A DNA stretch of 64,000 nucleotides from Eledone cirrhosa (taxonomy: Eukaryota). The position numbers were made by a program, and so were the translations under genes. The stretch is taken from NCBI GenBank assembly GCA_964016885.1, contig OZ024757.1:21390001-21454000 (forward strand). The letters are read 5' to 3'. Position 1 is the stretch's first letter. Every line of letters starts with the position of its first letter. The notes beneath the pieces are model-generated. The model had not been told where the DNA came from. It saw only the letters and a list, made by a program, of their open reading frames with translations, and did not search any database. Positions 12,465 through 24,639 of this stretch are shown here, in pieces.

Positions 12465-14482
12465 AACAACACCACCAACACCACCACCACCACCACCAAC
12501 ACCAACACCAACACCAACACCAACACCAGCACCACCAACACCACCACTACCACCAACACCACCAACAGTAGCACCACAACAACAACACCACCACCAGCAC
12601 CAACACCAATACCACCACCAACACCACCAACACCAAGACCACCAACAACACCACCAAAAACACCACCACCACCACCAACACCACCAACAACAACAACAGC
12701 ACCAGCACTACAACAGCACCACCACCATTACCACCAACACCAACACCACCACCACCAACACCAAGACCACCACCAACAACACCACCACCACCACTACCAA
12801 CACCACCAACAACAACAACAGCACCAGCACTACAACAGCACCAACACCATTACCAACAACAACACCACCACCACCAACACCAACATCAGCACCAACACCA
12901 TTACCAACAACACCACCACCACCAACATCAGCACCAGCACCAACATCAACAACAACAACAAACTCCCTTTAGTTCTGTGAGTCTAGAGACAGTCTTATTA
13001 AATATTTTGTGACTAACAGCTTTCAATAGATCCTGTATATTATATAGACGGAACATAATACAGAGGTGTGTGTGGTGTGTGTGGTAGTGTGGGAGAGTGT
13101 GGGAGTGTGTGTGGTGTGTGTGGGAGTGTGTGGGAGTGTGTGGGAGTGTGGGAGTGTGGGAGTGTGTGGGTGTGTGGGAGTGTGTGGGAGTGTGGGAGTG
13201 TGGGAGTGTGTGTGGGAGTGTGTGGGAGTGTGGGAGTGAGTGAGGTGTGTGTGGTGTGTGTGTGAGAGTGTGGGAGTGAGTGAGGTGTGTGTGAGAGTGA
13301 GTGAGGTGTGTGTGGATGTGTGTGGGAGTGTCGCTGTGTGTGGGAGTGAGTGTGGCTGCATGTGGGAGTGAGTGTGGCTGTGTGTGGGAGTGAGTGTGGC
13401 TGTGTGTGGGAGTGAGTGTGGATGTGTGTGGTATGTGTGGGAGTGTGGGAATGAGTGAGGTGTATGTAGGAGTGTGGCTGTGTGTGGGAGTGAGTGAGGT
13501 GTGTGTAGGAGTGTGTGGGAGTGTGGACTGTGTGTGTGGGAGTGAGTGAGGTGTGTGTGGGAGTGTGGACTGTGTGTAGGAGTGAGTGAGGTGTGTGTAG
13601 GAGTGTATGGGAGTGTGGACTGCGTGTGTGAGTGTGTATGCGTCTATAGTTATATGTGTATGTGTGGTGTGTGTATGTGGTGTGAGTGTGTATGCGCCTA
13701 TAGATATATAAGTGTATGTGGTGTGTGTGCGTGAATGTGTGGTGGTTGTCTAAAGTTATGTGTGTGTGTGTGTGTGTTGTAAGCTATATATATGTGTGTG
13801 TGTGTGTCTATAGTTATGTGTGTGTGTGTGTCTATAGTTATGTGTGGGGGGGGGGATATCCCTGGTACAGAGAACACGGAAGTAAATATTCACCATGTAG
13901 TGATTAAGAGTCACAAAATGAGTTGTTTGTTTGTATGGTTGTATTAGTCTTTTGTTTTGAGAGAGGAGGGTGTGAGGAGAGAGGGGGTGGGGACAGAGAT
14001 TGGGAGAGGGAAAGCAGAGAGGGCAAGAGAGAAGGCAAGCGAAGTGAGAGAGACAGAGAGAAGGCAAGCGAAGTGAGAGAGACAGAGAGAAGGCAAGCGA
14101 AGTGAGAGAGACAGAGAGAGCAAGTGAGAGAGACAGAGAGAGCAAGAGATAGAGAGATAGAGAAAGAGAGAGAGACAGAGAGATGAAGCGAGAGAGACAG
14201 AGAGAGGAAGCGAGAGAGACAGAGAGAGGAAGCGAGAGAGACAGAGAGAGGAAGCGAGAGAGAGACAGAGAGAGGAAGCGAGAGAGAGAGACAGAGAGAG
14301 GAAGCGAGAGAGAGACATAGAGAGGAAGCGAGAGAGAGACATAGAGAGGAAGCGAGAGAGAGACAGAAAGAGGAAGCGAGAGAGAGACAGAAAGAGCTAG
14401 CAAGAGAAACAGAGAGAGGAAGCGAGAGAGAGAGAGAGACAGAGAGAGGAAGCGAGAGAGACAGAGAGAGAGAGAGAGAGAG
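12465..14482. repeat. Adjacent low-complexity tracts: (CAC/CAA)n 12465-12962, GTGGGA/GT-rich 13065-13850, (GA)n compound 13965-14482
   Basis: Direct reading. Confidence 0.9.
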
Positions 14483-14802
14483 ATCCACACTTGTGAGATT
14501 TCACAGTTCTGTTTCAATGAATTTGAAAATAAATTTCATTATTTCCAAACTTCCTCATAAGGAATTCCAAACTTATTACTCAGAGTTATGAAAATTGCAA
14601 TAAAAACTTCAAAACATCAACATCTCTGCCCCCACCCTCAAAGCGAAAGAGACAACAAAACAAAGCAAATATGGAACAACAACATATATATATATTTATA
14701 TATATTTATATATATTTATATATATTTATATATATTTATATATATTTATATATAAATATTGTTAAATTTGGGGAGGGTCATATTGTTATAATATTACCAG
14801 AA

Positions 14803-15133
14803 ATAATAATTGTTTCTGCTTTTGGCACCAAGGCCAGCAATTACCCCAGTGCATTACTGGTGCTTTATTTTATCGACCCCGTAAGGATGAAAGGCAAAGT
14901 TAACCTCGGCGGGATTTGAACTCAGATTGTAAAGGGATAATAATTGTTTCTACTTTTGGCACAAGGCCAGCAATTACCCAGTACATTACTGGTACTTTAT
15001 TTTATCGACCCCCGTAAGGATAAAAGCCAAAGTTAACCTCGGTGGGATTTGAACTCAGAATGGCAAGGGCCGTAACTCTATGCGTTAAAGCATGGTGTCC
15101 GACCCTCTACCGATACTGCCAATCCACCGCCCT
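14803..15133 (-). mobile_element. Two tandem family C SINEs (one full length with tRNA head, one truncated)
   Basis: Head GGGCGGTGGATTGGCAGTATCGGTAGAG, B box GAGTTCAAATCC, tail AGTAGAAACAATTATT. Confidence 0.9.
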
Positions 15134-15250
15134 TTTGCTTCTAAATATTTTATATCTCCATAGTTAATTTAGCTGGCAATCAATGTTTATCATTGATTGA
15201 CCAACGGTTAAAAATATATATATAAATATATATATATATATTTATAGTCT

Positions 15251-15292
15251 ATCAAAGTTCTTTCATCACACACCTGTGACTTCATCAGTGGT
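15251..15292 (-). ncRNA. Hammerhead motif, second copy of family H2, in a ~75-bp island between TA tracts
   Basis: Minus strand ACCA-CTGATGA-A-GTCACA ggtg TGTGAT-GAAA-GAACTT-TGAT. Confidence 0.65.
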
Positions 15293-15554
15293 ACTATTAT
15301 GTTTCCTCCCGCGATATATATATATATATTGATAATCTGTGGCACTGGGATCAGGAAGTCCACAAATCAAAGAAATACTTGAAACGTGATATGATGGCGA
15401 GTGGGTATATTAGTAAAAATAGAAGAGTCACTACAAGCTCGGTGGTTTCACTTGATGATTTCTAATGTATTGAGTACCTTTTATAACTGTGGTCACCTCT
15501 CAATATACATCAGGAATCCACGAATATATATATATTTTGTCACACATCATCAGT

Positions 15555-15641
15555 CTGATGAGCAGATCGATACTGGAGTCTGGTCCCTAACTCCTATAGG
15601 TCACCTCATGCCAATCCTCTGCAAAACATGCTTAACAGGTC
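15555..15641 (+). ncRNA. Degenerate hammerhead motif with long stem II (family H3)
   Basis: CTGATGA-GCAGA...TCTGC-AAAAC-ATGCTTAACAG-GTC; G12 mutated to A and stem I poor. Confidence 0.4.
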
Positions 15642-15666
15642 AATACACAATATATATATATATATA

Positions 15667-16092
15667 AGTGAAAGAGTGAAGAATAACATGGTCGGCTGTA
15701 CAAAAAGGGTTTTATTTATAGAATTAGCAATTGTTTCATTGATCAGGTGAGTCTAAAGGCCACTGTTCCGATGATTTGATCAGAGGCAAACACTGTATTT
15801 AAGGTCAAGTGACGCAACTTCGAGTGATTAGTGTCTTTAGTCTCACCTGATCAATGAAACAATTGTTAATACTATAAATAAAACCCTTTTTGTACAGCCG
15901 ACCATGTTATTCTTCACTCTTTCACTACTATTACTCCAAGAATAACCTACATAGGAATTCTCGCGAACTCGCTACCTAGCTAAGGAAACTTCTTGTTGAG
16001 TCAAACAACGCCGTACGTTAAAACTATCCACAATACAGAGTACTCACAACCTCTAACTGGATTACCTAAAACGATAACTTGTTATCCCATAT
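15667..16092 (+). mobile_element. Penelope/retrozyme-like element with 5' inverted copy (arms 15667-15764 and 15830-15926) and degenerate hammerhead (family H4)
   Basis: ~97-bp inverted repeat; CCGATGA-T-TTGATCAG...CTGATCAA-T-GAAAC-AATT-GTT followed by AATAAA. Confidence 0.55.
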
Positions 16093-16094
16093 AC

Positions 16095-16548
16095 ATCATC
16101 ATCATCATCATCATCATCAGGTTTAGCGTCCGTGTTCCACGCTTGCATGGGTTTGGACGGGGGTTTTCCCACTTGAGGCAAGAGTGGTTGTCTTGCTCGC
16201 ATAGGACTGTCTGGCGGGTTTTCTACAGTTGGATGCCCTTCCTAACACCAACCACATTTACAGTGTGGGGCTGGGAGGTTTTTACCGTGTTGCCTACACG
16301 GCCACATTACAGCGTGGACTGTCTGGCGGGTTTTCTACAGCTGGATGCTCTTCCTAACACCAACCACATTTACAGTGTGGGGCTGGGAGGTTTTTACCGT
16401 GTTGCCTACACGGCCACATTTACAGCGTGGACTGTGTGTTTTTTTGTCGTGACACCTACACGATCTCATTTGTTTCGGCCTGGATGTTGTGGGACCAACA
16501 TAACTTTACATTGAAAGGGGCGGTGTGGATGGGGTGGAGGTGGTGGGA
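16095..16548 (-). mobile_element. RTE-tailed non-autonomous retroelement, family B (internal ~115-bp duplication)
   Basis: (GAT)n tail, CCCATGCAAGCGTGGAACACGGACG end; near-identical to 32640-32996 and 56465-56908. Confidence 0.85.
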
Positions 16549-16966
16549 CATACATATATATATATATATCATCACCATCATCATCATCATTGTTCAACGT
16601 CTATCTTCCACACTAACATTGGTTAGACAGGTTTGTCCCATTTAGAGGCAAGTTGGTTTGGGTGACTGTGTCTTGCTCATATAGGACTCTTCCTGGCTGG
16701 TTTTCTATATATATACAAATTTTACTAGGAAATAAGTTTAATCATTTGGAAGCCGGACAATGTATGTGAGATTCTAAGTGCCGAGGTAATAGGAATTAGA
16801 GAAAATAGAATAAAAGAACTGAGAAAGGAGTGAGAATGGTAGAATTTTACCTTAGCTATATTAATGATCACAAGAGTCTATTCTTACACAAATTTGTGTT
16901 ATCTTTGTGCAAATGTAACTTTGATAGATTTAAGAAAACTAGTTTGAGGGTTTAATTGAGGTTTGA

Positions 16967-17004
<38 letters not shown>

Positions 17005-17007
<3 letters not shown>

Positions 17008-17370
17008 AGACGACAGCTGTATAGAAAAGTAGAGGGCGATCAAAATTGATGGAAGTTGGCAGTAGGCAGACCCAGAAAAACCTGGGACGATTTGATAAAT
17101 TTAGACCTTACACACTTACACCTCTATAAGACAATGTCACTGGACCGAGATCTTTGGCGCTACACACTAATACAGAAGACTCACCTTGCCTAAGTACAAA
17201 GCGAAACCTACTACAGTCAGTAGGCACCTCTTAATCAAATATACACCCCCGTCCCACTGCCCCAACTCCACCACGCCCACCCCTTTCTCTGTAAATAAAT
17301 GAGGTTGTGTAGGTGTCCCGTCTAAACCCATGCTAGCGTGGAAGATAGACGTTAAACGATGATGATGATA
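17005..17370 (+). mobile_element. Decayed RTE ORF2 3' fragment joined to family B-type body and (GAT)n tail
   Basis: GRPRKTWDDLI..DL motif in GGCAGACCCAGAAAAACCTGGGACGAT. Confidence 0.75.
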
Positions 17371-17459
17371 TATATATTAAAATAACAGATAAAGTTTAAG
17401 CAAATTTATTTATCCTTATCGAGCCCTCTTTGGATTTTAGTCTTCACATTTATTATTAT

Positions 17460-17504
<45 letters not shown>

Positions 17505-17507
<3 letters not shown>

Positions 17508-18092
17508 GAATTGAGAGAGAGACTGAGCATAAGAGGAATCAAATGCTGTGTGCAGGAGAGGCAGTTGCGCTGGTATGGACATGTGATGTGTATGAAGGAT
17601 GACAGCTGCATAAAAAGGTGCAGAGCACTAGAAGTTGATGGAAACCGCGGAGTGGGGAGACCCAAGATGACCTGGGATGAGGTGATAAAAGCCGACCTTA
17701 CCCAATTACACCTCTCAAAGACAATGACACACGACCGTGACTTCTGGCGTCACGCAGTAATACAGAGTACCCGACCTCCCATGGGTACAAGCTGAAGCAT
17801 ATAGACAATATGCTCCCACACCCTCCCACTGCAAGGTGGTCGTGGAGGTGCCACGGCAAAAAAGCACCCAGCCCACACTGTAAAGTGAACGTGTAGGCGC
17901 CACGAAAAAGCACCCAACACTCACTGTAAATGAGGTTGGTGTTAGGAAGGGCATCCAGCTGTAGAAATCAAGCCAGAATCAGTTCCTGTATGAGCAAGGC
18001 ATGGTCAGCCGACCAGACACTGCACACAACAGGACAACCCGTCTAACCCATGCTAGCGTGGAAGAACGGACGTAAAACGGTGATGATGATGA
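17505..18092 (+). mobile_element. RTE-clade LINE ORF2 C-terminus fused to SINE-like body and RTE tail
   Basis: ELRERLSIRGIKCCVQERQLRWYGHVM..GRPKMTWDEVIKADL..DRDFWR, followed by GTTAGGAAGGGCATCCAGC and (GAT)n. Confidence 0.85.
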
Positions 18093-18192
18093 TATATATA
18101 TATATGCAAAATGTAAACATAAATAACAAAGCAAATGAGACAGTCCAATGAAGAAATATATTAGTTTAATGCTTTAAATAATAGGAATAGAG

Positions 18193-18228
18193 TCTTAACA
18201 TTTCGGACACTAGTCCTTCATCAGAAGA
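18193..18228 (-). ncRNA. Minimal hammerhead ribozyme (family H5) in a Penelope-like 3' region (~18107-18340)
   Basis: Minus strand TCTT-CTGATGA-A-GGAC tagt GTCC-GAAA-TGTT-AAGA; homologous copy at 20.9 kb. Confidence 0.75.
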
Positions 18229-18399
18229 TAGAATGAGAAATAAAAGATGAAATTGAAAGAGTGTGAGAAGAGGAAGGAAAGGAAAACAAAGTGAGAAAAA
18301 AACACAGGCAGTGAATGTGGAGGATATGTGAAGGGTGGGTGTATGATGCCTGCATAGAAGAAAGAGAGAATACCTAAAGGTTAGATTGTATTGATGTGA

Positions 18400-19142
18400 A
18401 AGGTAGATATGATCCCTGTAGTGCTGCATGGTGGTGAGACATGGGCAGTAATGAATGTGGAGGATATGTGAAGGCTATGGTGTATAAAGCCTGCATATAT
18501 AGTGCAATGCTGCATGGTAGTGAGACATGGGCAGTGATGAATGTGGAGGATATGTGAAGGCTAGGGTGTATAAAGCCTGCATATATAGTGCAATGCTGCA
18601 TGGTGGTGAGACATGGGCAGTAATGAATGTGGAGGATATGTGAAGGCTAGGGTGTATAAAGCCTGCATATATAGTGCAATGCTGCATGGTAGTGAGACAT
18701 GGGCAGTGATGAATGTGGAGGATATGTGAAGGCTAGGGTGTATAAAGCCTGCATATATAGTGCAATGCTGCATGGTAGTGAGACATGGGCAGTAATGAAT
18801 GTGGAGGATATGTGAAGGCTATGGTGTATAAAGCCTGCATATATAGTGCAATGCTGCATGGTGGTGAGACATGGGCAGTGATGAATGTGGAAGATATGTG
18901 AAGGCTAGGGTGTATAAAGCCTGCATATATAGTGCAATGCTGCATGGTGGTGAGACATGGACAGTGATGAATGTGGAAGATATGTGAAGGCTAGGGTGTA
19001 TAAAGCCTGCATATATAGTGCAATGCTGCATGGTGGTGAGACATGGACAGTGATGAATGTGGAAGATATGTGAAGGCTAGGGTGTATAAAGCCTGCATAT
19101 ATAGTGCAATGCTGCATGGTGGTGAGACATGGGCAGTGATGG
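18400..19142. repeat. 86-bp minisatellite (~8.5 copies)
   Basis: Unit ATGAATGTGGAGGATATGTGAAGGCTAGGGTGTATAAAGCCTGC...; ORF starts spaced 86 bp apart. Confidence 0.95.
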
Positions 19143-19419
19143 ATGTGAAATATATGGGAAAGTATATTATATGCTGCCTGCATATATACTGCAGAAATGT
19201 TGCTTGGTAGAGCGACAGGAGCAGTGAATGTGCAGAGATAAATAAAAAAGGGGAGAGTTACCTTCAACACGTCATCTCCACCCCTTGATTCCTCACCCTC
19301 CACTCCACCTCATTATTATACATTGAATAACTGACCTGATACAACGTGACCTGAACTTGTAACTCATGGGTCAGTAAATGGCACATCATCCAATGTGGTC
19401 ATTGCATTGAGAGACACAC

Positions 19420-20152
19420 ATCTCTCTCTCTCTCTCTCTCCTGTCTCTCTTTCACTCTCTCCCCTGTTCTCTTTCACTCTCTCTCTCTCTCCCCAGCTCT
19501 ATTTCACTCTCTGTCTCTCTCCTTTGCTCTCTTTCACTCTCTCTCTCTCGCTCCCTTGTTCTCTTTCACTCTCTCTCTCTATCTCCCCTGCTCTCTTTCA
19601 CTCTCTCTCTCTATCTCCCCTGCTCTCTTTCACTCTCTCTCTCTCTATCTCCCCTGCTCTCTTTCACTCTCTCTCTCTCGCTCCCTTGTACTATTTCACT
19701 CTCTCTCTCTCATGTTTCTCTTTCACTCTCTCTCTCCCGTTCTCTTTCACTCTCTTTCTCTCTCTCTCTCCCCCCTGTTCTCTTTCACTCCCTCTCTCTC
19801 TCTCTCCCCAGCTCTCTTTCACACTGTCTCTCTCCTGCTCTCTTTCACTCTCTCTCTCCTCTACTCTCTTTCACTCTCTTTCTCCCCTGCTCTCTTTCAC
19901 TCTCTTTCTCTCTCCCCTGCTCTATTTCACTCTCTCTCTCTCCCCTGCTCTCTTCCCCACCCCCAACACTCTTCCACTCCCTCTCTCTCTCGCCTGCTCT
20001 CTTCCACTCTCTCTCTCTCCCCCTACTCTCTCCCTCTCCCCCTACTCTCTTCCACTCCCTCTCTCTCCCGCCTGCTCTCTTCCCCCCTCTCGCTCTCCCC
20101 CTGCTCTCTTCCACTCCCTCTCTCTCCCCTGCTCTCCTTCGCTCTCTCTCTC
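19420..20152. repeat. Compound (CT)n tract
   Basis: Direct reading. Confidence 0.95.
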
Positions 20153-20270
20153 CCATCATCTATTCTTTGTTGTCTAGAAGTCTGACATTGTAAACCTTCA
20201 TACACACATTTTCATTTGTAGAGTGACAAATATATATGAATGTATACACACACGTATCTATCTATCTATC

Positions 20271-20301
<31 letters not shown>

Positions 20302-20504
20302 GCATACATATATGTATGTGCATGTTTTGCTGTTATTCTGAGAGAAAATCCCTTAAGCATTTTCTACTTTTATTTTTTTACTATTATATATATGTATATA
20401 TATATGTGTATATATATATATACACACAAACACTCATTTATATGCATACATATATAAATATACTTCCAATCACACACATATATATATATATAAACAAAGA
20501 TTAA

Positions 20505-20600
20505 TATCATTCGTTGATTACTCAACGAATACAATATTACAATAGATTAGAAGCACTCAACAGTGGATTTTCCTGGAGTGTTTAATATTATAATATTTGA
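20505..20600 (-). mobile_element. 3' segment related to the H1 hammerhead element
   Basis: Reverse complement resembles 9953-10030 (ACTCCAG..CACTGTTGAGTGCTTC.AATCTATTGTAA). Confidence 0.6.
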
Positions 20601-20714
20601 ATTGCGTTTGAATTATTTTCCCACATCTTACGTTAAATATTTTCCATCTTGACGATATAGTCACTTATATATTATGAAATACTGTTGGCTTCTTGCTCAC
20701 ATTAATTTCTCTAT

Positions 20715-20791
<77 letters not shown>

Positions 20792-20906
20792 TGTGTGTGT
20801 GTGTATATATATATGTATATGTAAAAAGTAAACAGAAATAACAAAGCAAATGACACAGTACATTGAAGAAATATTTAGTTTAACATTTGAAATAGCAGGA
20901 AACGAG

Positions 20907-20942
20907 TGTTAACGTTTCGGACAGTAGTCCTTTGTCAGGAGA
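20907..20942 (-). ncRNA. Hammerhead motif, second copy of H5 (core mutated to CTGACAA)
   Basis: CTGACAA-A-GGAC tact GTCC-GAAAC-GTT; flanks homologous to 18107-18310. Confidence 0.65.
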
Positions 20943-21141
20943 TAGAGTTAGAAACAGAAGATAAAATAGAAAGATAGTGAGAGAGAGAGAAAAAGAAGGA
21001 ATGGGAAAAAATTGGGGAAGAAAAGGGGGCAAAAACCACAGGCACATATTGACAGAAGAGTGAAAGTGAACCTCAGAGGGATATGAAACTAGAAAGTAAA
21101 GAGCTAGAACAAATGCTGCAAAGCTCTACCGATTCTGCCAA

Positions 21142-21440
21142 TCATCATCATCATCATGATCATTTTACGACCGCTTTTTCCTGCTTGCAAGGGTGGGACG
21201 GGAACTGATTCTGGCTTGATTTCTACAGCTGGATGCCCTTCCTAACACCAACCTCATTTACAGTGAGTGCTGGGTGCTTTTTTGCCGTGGCACCTCCACG
21301 ACCACTTTGCAGTGGAATGATAGGGACCCCCAGTCCCTATCATCTCATTTCTACAGCTGAGTAAACTGGAGCAATGTGAAATAAAGTGTCTTGCTCAAGG
21401 AAACAACACATCACCCGGTCTGAGAATTGAACTCACAACC
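21142..21440 (-). mobile_element. Family A SINE, head truncated
   Basis: Identity to other copies. Confidence 0.9.
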
Positions 21441-21495
21441 ATTCTAATTGATTTTCAATCCGGGCACAAGGCCAGCAATTATTGGGGGAGGGGAA

Positions 21496-21803
21496 CAGGG
21501 TTGGATTTAGACCTTGGGGAGGGTCTGGAGCAATTCAAGTTCCCTTCATACACAAAGAAACCCCATCAAACCCAACAGCAAACCCCCCTCCCCCAATTTT
21601 ACATATCAAAGTTAGCTTGGCACCAGTAATTTGGAAGTGGAAAGTTATACACTCAAGTATTAAGTTTAAAGATTCAAACCTTCCTAAAACTAAAAAGCCC
21701 AGCTGAGGGCATAAATAAATTGCTACAGCTGCCACTGGTGGGGACCTTGACAGCAGAGGGTCTGGGGTAATCTTCCCCTTTGTCCCTATTAAATCCGGCC
21801 CTG
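21496..21803. mobile_element. hAT-type MITE inserted in a decayed family C SINE
   Basis: TIR CAGGGTTGGATTTA / TAAATCCGGCCCTG; 8-bp TSD GAGGGGAA / GAGGGTAA. Confidence 0.75.
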
Positions 21804-22056
21804 GAGGGTAAAGTCAATTAAATCGATCTCAGTATTTAACTGGGTCTTAACCCCAGAAGAATGGAAGGCAATGTTGACCTCAGGTTTCATCTCACAACAT
21901 AAAAAGCCGTACAAATACTGTTAGGTATTAGTCTGATACTCTAAAGACCCTAACAATCCACAGTAACAATTAGTTCTAATTCAGGCACAATACCAGCAAT
22001 TATTGAGGGGACGGGTGAGTCAATTACACCAACCCTGCTACTTCGATGGTACTTTA

Positions 22057-22254
22057 CGGGGTTCAGTTGGAAAATTCATATGTTGATTATGAAGCAATGA
22101 TGCTAGAGCTGTGAAATCTTGCATACATTACTTTCAGCTCTTCTTATTAATAACCGCATTGTTTCTTTCCAGGGACTATGTTGAAAAATAAACCTCGTTT
22201 GGTCATTCCATGAGAGTATCTTGGTCAGCCAATGTACTTTTCAGCTGACCCTTG
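22057..22254. mobile_element. mariner-like MITE (~200 bp)
   Basis: TA|CGGGGTTCAGTTGGAAA...TTTTCAGCTGACCCTTG; homologous to 44924 and 52076 copies. Confidence 0.75.
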
Positions 22255-22857
22255 AATTTTATAAAACCCCAGAAGGATGAAAGGCAAAGTTGACATTAGT
22301 GGGATTTGAAAGAAGAACGTAGAGGGTCATATGAAAATACTGGAATACATTTCACTTGACACACATTCTGCCAACGTGAAACCCTTATTTGGAGCTAAAT
22401 AACGACCCTTACGATCATGCCTCAGCATGGCCTCAGCCGGATGGCTGGAACAGGTAAAAGAGTAACGACACCGGAAGGATAAAAGGCATAGTTGACCTCA
22501 GCGGGATGTGAACTGAGAACGTAGGTGGCCATAACTAAATACCACCGCAAACTATTTTGTCGAAATGTTCTAATGATTCTCCCAATCCACTGCCCTACAA
22601 AATAATAACAGCACAAATAGGAGAGAAAAAAAAACAAAAAAAAAAAAACTAAGTCACCCCCTAGTGGGACTTGAACTGAGAATATGAAGGAAAGTATGAC
22701 CAGCTGCACAAGGCAGCTGGGAACATTGCTGTTAATAGAGAAGGAAAAGGAATTGGTGTCCTGGAGGGAATAAGTATCCTAGAGGGAAGTTTCTATTAAT
22801 TTGTTAAACACAGGCAGGAAGAATGATTAACTGGTTTCACAAAGCGGTGGATATATA

Positions 22858-23001
22858 TCTGTCTGTCTGTCTGTCTGTCTCTCTGTCTCTCTGTCTGTCT
22901 GTCTGTCTGTCTGTCTCTGTCTGTCTCTGTCTGTCTGTCTCTGTCTGTCTGTCTCTGTCTGTCTGTCTGTCTGTCTGTCTCTGTCTGTCTGTCTCTGTCT
23001 C

Positions 23002-23032
<31 letters not shown>

Positions 23033-23205
23033 GTATGTCTGTCTGTCTCTCTGTCTGTCTGTCTCTCTGTCTGTCTCTCTGTCTGTCTGTCTCTCTGTCT
23101 GTCTGTCTCTCTGTCTGTCTCTCTGTCTGTCTGTCTGTCTGTCTCTCTGTCTGTCTGTCTCTCTGTCTGTCTGTCTGTCTGTCTCTCTGTCTGTCTGTCT
23201 GTCTC

Positions 23206-23284
<79 letters not shown>

Positions 23285-23391
23285 GTCTGTCTGTCTGTCT
23301 CTCTGTCTGTCTGTCTGTCTGTCTCTCTGTCTGTCTGTCTGTCTCTCTGTCTGTCTGTCTCTGTCTGTCTGTCTCTCTGTCTCTCTGTCTC

Positions 23392-23484
<93 letters not shown>
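22858..23484. repeat. (TCTG)n/(TC)n/(TG)n microsatellite
   Basis: Direct reading. Confidence 0.95.
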
Positions 23485-23486
<2 letters not shown>

Positions 23487-23576
23487 CACACGTTACAGAG
23501 TGGGTGTTTGTATGATTGTGTATGTGTGTGCGTCTATCACTCATTGTATATTATATATATATATATATATATATAT

Positions 23577-23690
23577 GAACGAGTAGGACCCCGACGGCAG
23601 AGATCAAGCCGTTTCGATGGCTATTTCTGGTCCAGAAATAGCCATCGAAATGGCTTGAGCTCTGCCGGTGGGGGTCAAACATTTTCCTAT
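23577..23690. mobile_element. GC-rich palindromic element between TA tracts (family H6, diverged)
   Basis: Fold-back centred on TTTCTGGTCCAGAAA; homologous to 44325-44435. Confidence 0.75.
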
Positions 23691-24217
23691 ACCAATATAT
23701 ATATATATATATATATACAACAACATTTATAACTCTAACTATGGTTAAAAGTAAATGATTTAATCTGATAGCCAGTACAGTTTCCTCATTTTCTTACCAT
23801 TCTTGCTTCCAGTTCCTAGTTGAAGGCTATGAAAAAATAAAATTTCCTGTACATGCTCTTAAACTATAGTAGTTACTGCTTCAACAGTTTAAAATGTTAT
23901 GGCCAATGTCAACAGCTTTGATGTGAAAAAGGGCTAAAGGTTCTTTGATAATTACCTCCCTCTATCTTCCCTTCCTCTCCTTTCAGTTACTACAATACAA
24001 TCCAGCCACTGGATTCTCCTCACCATACACAGATATATTTATTGTTTCACTCTCCATGTTTTGTAGCTATCAGAAAAACTTTATTACCGCTGTTAATGGA
24101 CATACATATACAAAAGTCTTTTTTTACTTGGCTGTTTTATTTCAAGGATCACACTTTCATGATCAGAAACATTACTTTCTAAAGCTAACTCTGGTGTTCC
24201 TTCACTCTCCCTTCAGC

Positions 24218-24255
<38 letters not shown>

Positions 24256-24639
24256 GACTCATCCTGAAAGAAACAAAACAAAGTTAATCTCTTTCCTTGA
24301 TAGATAGATGGCAGCTTTACACGTGTTTGCCATATGGAAAGTGTGTGTAAGGTTGGAAGATAGTAAGAATTCTCATGTAATTGAGAGATTTCAGGAACCC
24401 CAGAAAACATTAGAGATTAGAGATGTGACAAGGAAAAGACATAAAGTTTCCAGATTTAAATGAAAAATTTTCCTTATGTACAAGATTCTCCATTGTTAAG
24501 GTGAAAAACCTTAAACATGAAGCTTATTTTCTTAAAACACACACACACACACCCGATTATGGCTACAGTCTATATAACCAAATAGAAATGGTTTGAACAA
24601 AGAAAGGGTGAACATTTGTAATTTTCTTTTATACCTCTC

